DNA of 64,000 nt from a virus (Duplodnaviria; Caudoviricetes): IMG/VR virus record IMGVR_UViG_3300045972_000152, positions 1,134-65,133 of that record; one strand, given 5' to 3'. The notes beneath the pieces are model-generated. The model was not told the DNA's origin. It saw only the letters and a program-made list of their open reading frames with translations, and made no database searches. Numbering within the stretch: position 1 is the stretch's first letter; every line of letters starts with the position of its first letter. Position numbers and translations under genes: made by a program. Positions 1 to 9,066 of this stretch are shown here, one piece after another.

Positions 1-63
1 TAACGGACCCTGCAAGGGTTGCCTCAACTGTATCCATGGTGAAGCAGAGCCGTGGGATGAACC

Positions 64-258
64 ATGCAAAGCCTGTCTAAAGGACGGCACTTGCCACCAC
101 AAAACCGTAAGCGTGGGAGAATCGGCATGAAAGTAAAGAACCCTGAGCCGGGGCGTTATTGCCCCGATAGTCCACCCGAAGGCAAGCGCGGGATTTGCCC
201 CGTTTGTGGAGTGCCTTACAAACCCCCAGTCAAAGAGGAAGGCGATGGCAAGGAATGA
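64..258 (+). CDS. small Cys-containing hypothetical protein (possible Zn ribbon)
   Basis: YCP...CPVCG motif; its 3' end overlaps the probable start of the next gene. Confidence 0.45.
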   Translation: MQSLSKGRHLPPQNRKRGRIGMKVKNPEPGRYCPDSPPEGKRGICPVCGVPYKPPVKEEGDGKE

Positions 259-1447
259 CGGAATAATCAGTCGTATAGTTCTTGAAAACATCGAATCCCA
301 TAAAAAGACTGTGCTTGACCTCAAACCGGGGGTTAACGCAATCGTGGGATTATCCGATGCTGGAAAGTCTGCTATCCTCCGGGGTGTCGGACTTGTCTTC
401 ACTAATAAGGGCCTTCGCCGCTCTTGGTGGGGCGGGGTATCTGATGTGGAGATTACTTTTACCGATGGTAATGTTGTTTCCCGGCAGACCGACAAGAAGA
501 ACAAGTATTTCCTCCTCAACGACACAGTTGATAACGAGTACGAGGCATTCCGGCACGAAATACCCGAGGAGGTGCAAGAGGCCCTGAACGTTGACGAAAT
601 CAATATCAGCCGACAGATGGACCCTCATTTCCTACTCAGTGACAGCGGGGGTGACGTTGCTAAAGCCCTGAACCGCGCCTGTAACCTTCAGGTAATTGAC
701 ACAGCAATCACCAGCATCAAAAGCATGGCCAAAGCCAACTCCTCAGCTATCAAAGAGAAAGAGGACCACATGCGAAACTTGGAGGCCAAACGGGACTCCT
801 TTGCGTATCTTGCTGAAATGGAGGTGGAGGTTGAACGATACGAATTACTACTTGCTCAGGAACATGCGTGCGAAGTGGAGCATTCTTCGTTATCGGCACT
901 CCTTGAGCAAATTCAGGAACAACAAAAGGAACTATCGGAAATCGAATTCGTCCTTGAGTCTGAAAAGGAAGTCTCAGATATTCAATCTCTACTTGAAGTG
1001 CGTATCGGGGTGTCTGAGAAGATTCTGACCCTTCATCGTATTGTGTTGAGAATTCAGCAAGATACGGAAAAAAGTGGCGAGCATGAATGGGCCTTAGGAG
1101 CCGAAACGCAGGTGACCGAAGCCCTTTCCTTGGGTAGGGAACGCGAAGCCCTTACCGCTAGTATTTCGCAGTTAGATTGTATTTTGCGGAATGTGCGCGG
1201 TCATGAGACTGATTCAAAGGCGTGCGTGGCCCTCATTGCTGCCGAACCTGAGATATTTGCCGTACAAAAGTTGATAAGTGAAAGAGCTGATATCAAAAAA
1301 GACGGTCAGGCACTTCAGAACCTTCTTCAGCATATCGCTGACCTTTCTCTCAAGGCCAAAAACTCCGAACTGAGGATAATGGAAATGGAACAGGAATTCG
1401 ACCTTGCGTTTCCAGATAACTGCCCGTTGTGCGGAGGTCAACCGTGA
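245..1447 (+). CDS. Rad50/SbcC-like ATPase, N-terminal half (Walker A, coiled coil, zinc hook)
   Basis: LENIESH and GLSDAGKS Walker A, Q-loop SRQMDPHFLL, long coiled coil, ends CPLCG; probable start ATG 245 (MARNDG) within ORF 206..1447. Confidence 0.85.
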   Translation: MARNDGIISRIVLENIESHKKTVLDLKPGVNAIVGLSDAGKSAILRGVGLVFTNKGLRRSWWGGVSDVEITFTDGNVVSRQTDKKNKYFLLNDTVDNEYEAFRHEIPEEVQEALNVDEINISRQMDPHFLLSDSGGDVAKALNRACNLQVIDTAITSIKSMAKANSSAIKEKEDHMRNLEAKRDSFAYLAEMEVEVERYELLLAQEHACEVEHSSLSALLEQIQEQQKELSEIEFVLESEKEVSDIQSLLEVRIGVSEKILTLHRIVLRIQQDTEKSGEHEWALGAETQVTEALSLGREREALTASISQLDCILRNVRGHETDSKACVALIAAEPEIFAVQKLISERADIKKDGQALQNLLQHIADLSLKAKNSELRIMEMEQEFDLAFPDNCPLCGGQP

Positions 1448-1627
1448 GAACTAGCGCAGAGCGTCTTGAAGAATCGCAGAGGTTGATATCTCAATACTTG
1501 GTGAAAAGTCATAAGGACAAAGATAGCAATTCTCTATTTGTAGGTTTGGTGAAATTCAACAAGAGGTGGAAAGACTGCAATTAGAAATCAAATCCTATGA
1601 AAATGAATTAGCAATAAGGAGGGGTTT

Positions 1628-2548
1628 GTGAGAAAAGCTGACGGAATCATCTGTTCCGATATTCACTTGAGGCTCGACGTGCCTGAGTGTCGCACTGATA
1701 ACTTCCTTGCGGCTCAGTCTCGTAAGCTTTCCTTTATCTCCGATCTTCAGCAAAAGCACGAATGCCCTGTGCTATGTGGTGGTGACATTTATCATCATTG
1801 GAAGGCGGTACCGCAGTTGTTGGGCATGACGTGCCGTGAGCTTCCCCGGTACTTCATCACAATCCCCGGCCAGCATGACCTCCCTGCGCACTCCATTGAA
1901 AACATCGAACGCGCAGGGATTGACGTGCTGTGTGCAGCTGGTAAGATCATCATGCTTGCCCCTTCTACCGAGCTTGACATTCAGATACCGTGCAATTCCC
2001 GCAACGAATTCATGTGGGTATCTGGTTTCCCGTGGGGCGAACCCTTGGCAGGTACCCAGTACAGCGGGATCAACGTGGCTTTGATACATTACCTTGTCTT
2101 TCAGGGGCAAGAGCCTTTCCCCGGAGCGGCGCAGGTAGGTGGGACCGGGAAAGCAATCATTCGCCAGATGCCCGGTTTCCAGCTTATCGTATCCGGTGAT
2201 AATCATCAAACTTTCGTGGAGCGGGTAGGCGGGACGGTTCTTGTCAATCCCGGCTCCATGATGAGACAAACAGCGGCTCAGGCCGACCATAAGCCCTGTG
2301 TATTCCTCTGGTACGCCGACACCAATGAGGTTGAACAGGTTTTTCTTCCTATCGAAAATGACGTGATAAGCCGTGAGCACATAGACGTTAAGACAGAGAA
2401 GAACGAGCGCCTTGAGGCTTACGTCAAATCACTTGCGACTAATATAACCGTATCACTTTCCTTTGAAGATAACATGAAAGTGAAGATCGCAGCAAGTGGA
2501 GTGCGGACGCCGGTTCAGAAACTTATCTATAAAGCCATGGGGAAATAG
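1628..2548 (+). CDS. Mre11/SbcD-like metallophosphoesterase nuclease
   Basis: SDIH, GGDIYH, PGQHD, ALIH, SGDNH and NPGS motifs; next to the Rad50 halves. Confidence 0.9.
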   Translation: MRKADGIICSDIHLRLDVPECRTDNFLAAQSRKLSFISDLQQKHECPVLCGGDIYHHWKAVPQLLGMTCRELPRYFITIPGQHDLPAHSIENIERAGIDVLCAAGKIIMLAPSTELDIQIPCNSRNEFMWVSGFPWGEPLAGTQYSGINVALIHYLVFQGQEPFPGAAQVGGTGKAIIRQMPGFQLIVSGDNHQTFVERVGGTVLVNPGSMMRQTAAQADHKPCVFLWYADTNEVEQVFLPIENDVISREHIDVKTEKNERLEAYVKSLATNITVSLSFEDNMKVKIAASGVRTPVQKLIYKAMGK

Positions 2549-2549
2549 T

Positions 2550-3275
2550 ATGTACCTTTGGGATGAAATCTGGGTATATCATGACGCTTCTGATAGTTGT
2601 TGTGTTACCCACCGCTGTGACCTCTTGTGGGGAGAACTTGACGAAATAGGCCCCGCTACTGATAAGACCACAATCGAATGCAAACAGCTTCTACTTGCTC
2701 AAGGATGGAGTCGAAAGGATATAAAACAAATAACCATAGAACAACCGGAGGCAACAATGGAATTCCCGCAAGTCTTCGCAACTGATTTTCTCACCCCCTC
2801 TAACAAGGTTTATAAAGGCGTAGCTGCGATGATGAATATGGACCCCGGATTTGAGGGGACTCCGTTTATCATCACCGCCCCGGACATGAAGACTCTGGAA
2901 CGTGTTTGGGATATGCTGTCTAAAACTAAACTTGACGTTAGTTGCTGTGCCGATGTTGTTGAGGGCTTCATCGGTGCTGTGCAATACGTTACCGGATCTT
3001 GCGAACCCAGCACCTTGGAGAAACCCCAGACACCAGCCCTGTATGGAGTCGATAGTCTTATCTGGATTTATGACGTACAGGAAGATAAGATTTTCGTGGA
3101 TTTCCGTGGTAGCTATGAAGCTTACAAAAGTTACCGCGAACTTCAGGAAATCGGACCTGCCACCTACGTGGCCCCGACCATAGAGTGCAAGCAACTCCTT
3201 TTGAAACTTGGATGGAGTCGTGAGGACATTCGGGAAGTAACTATCGTGGAGGGATATGATGAGATACCTTTCTAG
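2550..3275 (+). CDS. hypothetical protein with an internally duplicated domain and an SSB-like C-terminal tail (YDEIPF)
   Basis: EIGPAT..TIECKQLLL..GWSR.DI occurs twice; probable start ATG 2550. Confidence 0.7.
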   Translation: MYLWDEIWVYHDASDSCCVTHRCDLLWGELDEIGPATDKTTIECKQLLLAQGWSRKDIKQITIEQPEATMEFPQVFATDFLTPSNKVYKGVAAMMNMDPGFEGTPFIITAPDMKTLERVWDMLSKTKLDVSCCADVVEGFIGAVQYVTGSCEPSTLEKPQTPALYGVDSLIWIYDVQEDKIFVDFRGSYEAYKSYRELQEIGPATYVAPTIECKQLLLKLGWSREDIREVTIVEGYDEIPF

Positions 3276-3603
3276 CATCATGAAGTATATTTTTGGCATA
3301 TTTCTCCTGTACGTGGTAGTATGCTTCTGGACAATGGTATTTGATATCGTGTCAGCCATGCACCACGCCGAAGCTGTCAGCGGCTGGCTGTTCTTCCTGT
3401 CCAACGGCATTTGGTGCTTGTTCTCGCTCTGGTTGATCTTCCGCATGGAAGTGCATATCAAATACAAGCGGATCATGTGCGAGCGTATTTGGGCACTTGA
3501 ACGTGAGTTTGCACGGCAGCAGAAAATCATCGAATCCCAGACACTACGGCTTTTCATTTACAAGAACATGATTGACTCATTCCGCTTTCTAAGGAGGAAG
3601 TAA
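3256..3603 (+). CDS. hypothetical membrane protein (2 TM helices)
   Basis: two hydrophobic segments; TAATG overlap with next gene. Confidence 0.6.
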   Translation: MMRYLSSIMKYIFGIFLLYVVVCFWTMVFDIVSAMHHAEAVSGWLFFLSNGIWCLFSLWLIFRMEVHIKYKRIMCERIWALEREFARQQKIIESQTLRLFIYKNMIDSFRFLRRK

Positions 3604-3848
3604 TGCCTACCGATGCAGATATCAAATGGCTCACAGACTTTAAAGCCGAGATTGACCAAGCTAAGATCGACAAGGCTGGCATTGATGGCGCTATCAATCA
3701 GAATATGGCTCGCCTCAAATCGGAATTCGGGTGCGGGTCCGTAGCTCAGGGCAACAGCAAGCTTCAGGCCCTCAAGACTAAGAAAGAACAACTTGACGTA
3801 CAGATAGAGGACTCCGTTGCGGTTCTCAAGGAGAAATACGGGCAATGA
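3603..3848 (+). CDS. small coiled-coil protein of the SbcCD cluster
   Basis: heptad-like sequence; coupled (ATGA) to the Rad50 C-half. Confidence 0.7.
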   Translation: MPTDADIKWLTDFKAEIDQAKIDKAGIDGAINQNMARLKSEFGCGSVAQGNSKLQALKTKKEQLDVQIEDSVAVLKEKYGQ

Positions 3849-4459
3849 ACTTCAGACAGATATTGGAACAGCGCAAGGGTCAGCTTCAGCAGACCGAGGA
3901 AATGCTTTCCGCTGTCTATACTGAACTTGACCGACTGGACGCTGAGAAGATTGATATCGAAGAGGCGCAAACCACCATCATGGAGGTTGCTGAAGAGACA
4001 CAGAGGGAACTTGAGTTTCATATCAGCGCCCTCGTTTCCATGGCTCTTGCTTCCGTATTCGATGATCCATACCAGCTTCAAATTGAATTCACCCAGAAGC
4101 GCAACCAAACTGAGGCCGAGCTTTCATTTATGCGCGGCAACAATAAAGTAGATGATCCGCTGAACGGGGCCGGTGGAGGGGCCTGTGACGTTGCAGCTTT
4201 CGGTTTGAGAATAGCCATGTGGACGCTAAAAAGACCCCATACGCGCCCGATCATGGTACTAGACGAACCTTTCCCTAGACTCAAGGGGGCGCAAGCCAAT
4301 CTGAGGGCTTTACAAATGGTCAAGCGCATTTCAGATGAACTGGGTATTCAGGTTCTGATGATATCGGACGAACGGGTACCTATGGAGGACATAGAAGCGG
4401 CGGCAGATAACGTTATCAAAATCGCAATAAAAGGAGGAGTGAGTTATGTCGCACCGTAA
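3845..4459 (+). CDS. Rad50/SbcC-like ATPase, C-terminal half (signature and Walker B)
   Basis: coiled coil, then GAGGG signature-like motif, IMVLDEPF Walker B, QVLMIS. Confidence 0.85.
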   Translation: MNFRQILEQRKGQLQQTEEMLSAVYTELDRLDAEKIDIEEAQTTIMEVAEETQRELEFHISALVSMALASVFDDPYQLQIEFTQKRNQTEAELSFMRGNNKVDDPLNGAGGGACDVAAFGLRIAMWTLKRPHTRPIMVLDEPFPRLKGAQANLRALQMVKRISDELGIQVLMISDERVPMEDIEAAADNVIKIAIKGGVSYVAP

Positions 4460-4853
4460 CCCCTATGACGGAGAAGGACATATAGCATCATGTCACTGGA
4501 TCACCAGCAGAGGTATCTTAGCTTGTAACTGCACAGGATTGCGCGTTGCAACGGTGGGTACCAGAATCGACCTCAATACCCATCCCCTTTCAGACTTCTT
4601 CAGGGCAGTTGTAGGGGAATACGAAAGGGGGCTCAACAAATACGGGGAATGGAAAGAGAAGGGCGAACAGTGGCAACAAGATGCTGTAGAAAGTGAATGT
4701 CTGGAATGGAAGGCCACTACGTTATCAGATAAACACGAAGCACGGGAAATGCAGGAACTGACTCACATGGGTAATGTGGCTGGCAAGAGATACAACGAGA
4801 TTCGGGATCATCTGGATCAAGAACACGAAGCGAAAACAACCAGCTTGGAGTGA
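4446..4853 (+). CDS. hypothetical protein
   Basis: SD AAGGAGG upstream; operon context. Confidence 0.6.
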   Translation: MSHRNPYDGEGHIASCHWITSRGILACNCTGLRVATVGTRIDLNTHPLSDFFRAVVGEYERGLNKYGEWKEKGEQWQQDAVESECLEWKATTLSDKHEAREMQELTHMGNVAGKRYNEIRDHLDQEHEAKTTSLE

Positions 4854-5038
4854 CAGGGGGAACCATGACGATTGTAGCGAAGCTTGCTGTGCCTGTGATA
4901 TGTCCTCACACAGAGTGCGGCCTAGTTATGGAAGTGCTAGGGGAAGGCGAGTTTCAATATCTGGAATGCGTAAACCCCGAACACAACCAGAAATACGAAG
5001 TACCGCAAGTCAAACTTAAAGTTGTATCATGGAGATAA
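4850..5038 (+). CDS. small Zn-ribbon-like protein
   Basis: CPHTEC...CVNPEH. Confidence 0.55.
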   Translation: MTGGTMTIVAKLAVPVICPHTECGLVMEVLGEGEFQYLECVNPEHNQKYEVPQVKLKVVSWR

Positions 5039-5071
5039 AAAAGGCCCCCGGTAATCGCGCCGGGGGCCTTT
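5037..5071. terminator. bidirectional intrinsic terminator between convergent transcription units
   Basis: stem aaggcccccgg (5041-5051) / ccgggggcctt (5060-5070), A-run on the left and T-run on the right. Confidence 0.85.
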
Positions 5072-5098
5072 CGCATATCTACGTTCCTTCTGATCCTT

Positions 5099-5554
5099 TT
5101 AAACCCCCGGCTGTTTCTCCGGTGGAGCCGCCGCAGCCTGACTTTGCACGCTCGCGGCAATGCTCTGGATGGCATCGTTAGCGGCCATGATCTTCGCCGC
5201 TGCGCTCGCCGCCTCCCCCTTCGCATTGATTGCCGTCATGACGCTCTGGGCTAACGGATCAACCTGTAACGCAACGGTTGCCGCTTTCAATTCCACCCCC
5301 GCAATCTTTTCGATGGTAGGGTTAACCTGTCCCGTGGTATGGTTAGTGCCGAGGGAAACGAGGCCCGAGGTCACCATGCCAGCCGCTCCGGTCACGGTTG
5401 CGGTGTTGACCGGAATCATGCCGGTTGCCATGCCGTAGGCCGCAGCGCCACCCGCAGCGATTTTGCCGACACCGCTCATGCTGCTGATCGGGTCAGCCAC
5501 GATGTTCGAAAAGAAGTTCTTGAAGAAACTACCGATTTTCTGCCAGAAGCCCAT
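5099..5554 (-). CDS. Ala/Gly-rich membrane-associated protein (holin-like or accessory lysis protein)
   Basis: amphipathic N-terminus, hydrophobic Gly/Ala segments, SD AAGGAGA, end of late operon. Confidence 0.5.
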   Translation of the reverse strand: MGFWQKIGSFFKNFFSNIVADPISSMSGVGKIAAGGAAAYGMATGMIPVNTATVTGAAGMVTSGLVSLGTNHTTGQVNPTIEKIAGVELKAATVALQVDPLAQSVMTAINAKGEAASAAAKIMAANDAIQSIAASVQSQAAAAPPEKQPGV

Positions 5555-5634
5555 GATGTATCTCCTTTGTTGGGGTTAACTTCATTAAACATGGCGACGA
5601 TACAACAAATTTAAATCTTGTGCAAGATAAACTT

Positions 5635-6135
5635 TTAGGCGCAGGTTTCTATGCGAAGCTTCAACCAGTTCTGAAGTTCTGATGTAAGAATCTTGAACGC
5701 ATCGTGAGGGGAGGTCTGCTGGGGAATCCACCCCATGAATAGACCGATAGCCTGAAGTACGTAAACACAGGACTCCGAGCATATCCACTTGTCCGGTGAG
5801 GAAAGAGAAATGGGAATCGGAAGGAAGTCGAGTGCAATGTGATTGAAGCCGTAGCCGGGGGCCTTGCCGGTCAGACCCTTGCAGATCATTTCCGCCAGCG
5901 ACCTGACAAATCTCTCATCATCCGAGGTGCAAGGAATTTCGATGATATCCCATTCCTTATCATCCGGGTCATAAAGGTCTTTACGGTCACAGAAACGGGG
6001 TCCGAGTTCGGTAGTGGAAGAGAAGAACTTGCCATCGCTGAACTGAATCTCAGTGTGAGCGTGAGGGCCTTCCACTAACATGATACCCTTTTCCCATAAC
6101 TGATCGTTCGCTTTCAGGAACCACATTGATAACAT
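5635..6135 (-). CDS. permuted papain-like (YiiX/NlpC-P60 type) cysteine hydrolase
   Basis: N-terminal HAHTE, then Y and C-terminal WICSE (His-before-Cys order). Confidence 0.7.
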   Translation of the reverse strand: MLSMWFLKANDQLWEKGIMLVEGPHAHTEIQFSDGKFFSSTTELGPRFCDRKDLYDPDDKEWDIIEIPCTSDDERFVRSLAEMICKGLTGKAPGYGFNHIALDFLPIPISLSSPDKWICSESCVYVLQAIGLFMGWIPQQTSPHDAFKILTSELQNWLKLRIETCA

Positions 6136-6225
6136 CTTGTTGCCTCCTATTTAAGTTTGGTGCAACCCACGCATTCCTTGCTTTGGTTGCAATGACCGTA
6201 CTGTCTGAGTACGGGGCAATCTATC

Positions 6226-6429
6226 CTACTCTTTGCAGTTATATCCATGACAAGCTCCGCATTTCTTGACATAGTGACCTGACAGACTGAGGCCCCACGC
6301 CGTTTTTCCCGAAGAGAACACAGCGCCATCCTCAAAAGTTCGCCCCGCCTGTACCCCAGCGTTTATATCCTGAAGCGTGTAGCCGCAGGAACCGAGGAGC
6401 AGCGGGGCGAAGAGTAGCAGCGACCTCAA
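6226..6429 (-). CDS. small lipoprotein (o-spanin position) with CGACH motif
   Basis: lipobox LLGSC after hydrophobic leader; TTG start overlaps endolysin stop. Confidence 0.55.
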   Translation of the reverse strand: MRSLLLFAPLLLGSCGYTLQDINAGVQAGRTFEDGAVFSSGKTAWGLSLSGHYVKKCGACHGYNCKE

Positions 6430-7115
6430 GGAGCTACTTCCTTGAGGAATCCGGCGTCGATATTGCCAGAACCTTTAAACTTCTTTTGGGCTTCCCGAGC
6501 CAGATAGGTGTCGTACTCATGGACGGCTTTGCGGACACCGTTCCTCATACGATACATCCATTCCTTGTACCACGCCCTCATGTTGGGATTGGCTTTGACG
6601 ATTGCTTGGTACCGCGCCCCCTGAAGGATGATGATGTTAACGTAAAGCTCGACCTGATCGCACTTGTTGGCAGCGGCTATCGTCTTAGGCCCGATTTGGC
6701 CGTCAACCGCGATATCCTCACCGTAGTCGTTGCTCAGGTTAACCGCCTCTTGAATCTTCTTAGCCCACAAGGGTGAACCTTGATTGATTGCAGCCAAGAA
6801 GATCGCGTTAGCGATAATCTGCGAGTCAAGCCCGTCCAAGTGGAGGAAGCGCCAGAAGTCCCTTTCATACATGGCGGAGGCGTCATCCAAATTGTCAGGA
6901 ACTTTATCTCCGTAGACCTTGGGGGAGAAGCCGTACATGGTGCAACCCCAAGTACCATCCTTCTTGCGGTTGCCGGGGTCGTCCTTGCGACAGTTCTTGC
7001 CCCCTTCAGCGCCAAAGGCCTCCTGCACGGCGGGTTTAGCAACCGCCCCGAAGCTGACCGAAGCCAGCACAGCCAAACCGAGAGTAACCAATACGATGAA
7101 GATTATGTTTCTCAT
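6426..7115 (-). CDS. endolysin, glycoside hydrolase family 108-like, with N-terminal signal peptide
   Basis: EGG, DDPG, T.YG motifs; VDGQIGPKT PG-binding-like motif; leader MRNIIFIVLVTLGLAVLASVSFGA. Confidence 0.8.
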   Translation of the reverse strand: MRNIIFIVLVTLGLAVLASVSFGAVAKPAVQEAFGAEGGKNCRKDDPGNRKKDGTWGCTMYGFSPKVYGDKVPDNLDDASAMYERDFWRFLHLDGLDSQIIANAIFLAAINQGSPLWAKKIQEAVNLSNDYGEDIAVDGQIGPKTIAAANKCDQVELYVNIIILQGARYQAIVKANPNMRAWYKEWMYRMRNGVRKAVHEYDTYLAREAQKKFKGSGNIDAGFLKEVAP

Positions 7116-7534
7116 TTCTCGTTTATCTCCTTTGCGGAACAATGTTCCACCTTTTCGGGACGCGGCTTGCTTCGCCGCTCAGGACCATCATAACGAATTC
7201 CGTGATTGACTTCATGCTGGCCGGTAAGCCACGAAACGTCCTCACGAAGTTCCCCGATGTGTATCCACATATCATCCGAAATCTTACCGAACTCAATGCG
7301 GGTTTCCTTCAGGGCCTTTTCGAACTTTTCCGTTGCTACTGTAATTGTGGTGCTGAGGTTGTTAATGGAGTTTTTGATGGTTTCCACAACCTCATTCTGG
7401 TTGTCCTTTTTGAGTTTTCCGTTTTCCCTCCAAAAATATCCTACCGCGATTATCAAAAGAATAACACCTGTAGTTCCGGCCCAGAACAAAAACTGCAACA
7501 TCAAACCACCCTCACTGGGAACAAACGGACTCAT
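7112..7534 (-). CDS. holin-like or inner-membrane protein (1 TM plus coiled coil)
   Basis: N-terminal TM, coiled coil, YDGPERR; directly upstream of endolysin; start may be 7501. Confidence 0.55.
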   Translation of the reverse strand: MSPFVPSEGGLMLQFLFWAGTTGVILLIIAVGYFWRENGKLKKDNQNEVVETIKNSINNLSTTITVATEKFEKALKETRIEFGKISDDMWIHIGELREDVSWLTGQHEVNHGIRYDGPERRSKPRPEKVEHCSAKEINEK

Positions 7535-7563
7535 TTTCGACCCTCCTTTCTTTTTAGATTTGA

Positions 7564-9042
7564 CTACTTAACTCTGCAAAACCACGATATCGTGTACGGA
7601 CCTTCTATTGAAACCTTTTCAAGTCTTGAGTAGTTACCGTTAGCGTCGATGCTAAACCATGCAAACCAGTTAGGTACAACACCCATTCCGGTAAAGTCAG
7701 TCATCACAAACGTACTACCCACGGTCGAACTGTAGTCGGTATAAACTACAGTTCCGCCCCAAAGGTCTTTGGGCGGGGTTTGGTTCAAGTACGGAGTTGG
7801 ATTAAAGGGAAACCTCACCAACACCGAACCGGCCTGACGCGATTGCGCATAAGCAGCGTAGGTGAACGATATACTTTTTGTTGATCTGTCTGTATTTAAA
7901 ACATTGGCAGAACCCCCGTTGAGTGCGGGTTGCAAGGGAAGATTCATCTTATCATAATTTCCGTTGTAAACAGAAAACAGCGGAGTATTGAGATAGTTTA
8001 TAAAACCATATCCCGCAACCGTATATTTGCACCATAGGGTGTAATCAACGGTTTGGTTCCACGCCACACTCGTAGTTCTCCGATTAGTAGGGTCGGTACA
8101 GGTAGCCCCATTTATGTTATCCAAGGTGTACGGGGTTTGCCAACCTTGGCCGTAATGACTGCCGTAGGTTCGAACCGCCGTCCTTACATCCCACGCATTC
8201 CAATCGGGATTCTGAGTCTTCAACTTAGCCAGAATCCCAGTCATGAGAGCACTTGTATGACTGGGAGAACCGTCAGTGGGACCGATTGATACATCAATCT
8301 CGTATGTAGTGTTATAATAAGATGATATGTACCCGTTCGTATCATATTCCATCGAAGATTTCAATGCGACAGTTGATAATGTTTGACGCACTATAGGTGG
8401 GTCGTTGGGTATTACAAAGTTACCTGCTATGGGTACTTTAGAAACATTATCAGTTGCGTCCGAGGGGAAAATGACGTTCGGCGGCTGTTGTATGGGTATA
8501 CCGCCATTGCTTACGCAAGAGAAACCAAGTCCGACTAGATAATCAAAAGCACCTATTGATTTGGCGAATTTGATAGCCGTATCGTATGGTATACAATTCA
8601 TATCTTTATTACTGGTGGCGTATTTTCCTGTGCGGAGATTGTATTTGCAAACGAACTGTATGGTACCCCAAAGAATCTGGGAACCCTCAGTTGTGGGCCA
8701 AGCTATATCGGTAGTTCCGGTTGTTCCTTCTTGATACTGATTATCAACAGGTCCGGTGTAACCATTGATAACAGAATAAAGGCAACCGTTGGGAGAAGGG
8801 GGCACCACGTATTTTGGATTAGTATTCTTGTACCAGCGATACGTGGCATTGGGTTGAAGATAAGTAATGGTATCCTTCCACGGATACACAGTTTTATCGT
8901 ATCCATCAATAAAACCAATGTCCGTGAACCCGGAGGACTGATAGGTTGTTCCCCCATAGTGTTCCCCGTAGTAAATGAAAGCCCCCTCAGAAACAGGGGG
9001 TAGGATCAGTGCCAGTACCAATAGTATATATATCAATCTCAC
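7564..9042 (-). CDS. exported protein with degenerate subtilase (S8)-like C-terminal core
   Basis: signal peptide MRLIYILLVLALILPPVSEGA; GSPSHTSALMTGILAKLKTQNPDWNAWDVRTAVRT and GYGFIN resemble the S8 Ser-helix region. Confidence 0.55.
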   Translation of the reverse strand: MRLIYILLVLALILPPVSEGAFIYYGEHYGGTTYQSSGFTDIGFIDGYDKTVYPWKDTITYLQPNATYRWYKNTNPKYVVPPSPNGCLYSVINGYTGPVDNQYQEGTTGTTDIAWPTTEGSQILWGTIQFVCKYNLRTGKYATSNKDMNCIPYDTAIKFAKSIGAFDYLVGLGFSCVSNGGIPIQQPPNVIFPSDATDNVSKVPIAGNFVIPNDPPIVRQTLSTVALKSSMEYDTNGYISSYYNTTYEIDVSIGPTDGSPSHTSALMTGILAKLKTQNPDWNAWDVRTAVRTYGSHYGQGWQTPYTLDNINGATCTDPTNRRTTSVAWNQTVDYTLWCKYTVAGYGFINYLNTPLFSVYNGNYDKMNLPLQPALNGGSANVLNTDRSTKSISFTYAAYAQSRQAGSVLVRFPFNPTPYLNQTPPKDLWGGTVVYTDYSSTVGSTFVMTDFTGMGVVPNWFAWFSIDANGNYSRLEKVSIEGPYTISWFCRVK

Positions 9043-9066
9043 GTCAGGGCCTCCTTGAAATTTAGG

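Noticed and set aside
1444-1631. Possible short or frameshifted ORF between the Rad50 N-half and the nuclease (MRTSAERLEE... / EIQQEVERLQLEIK...)
   Set aside because: Two short overlapping frames with no recognisable motif; cannot be supported without homologs.
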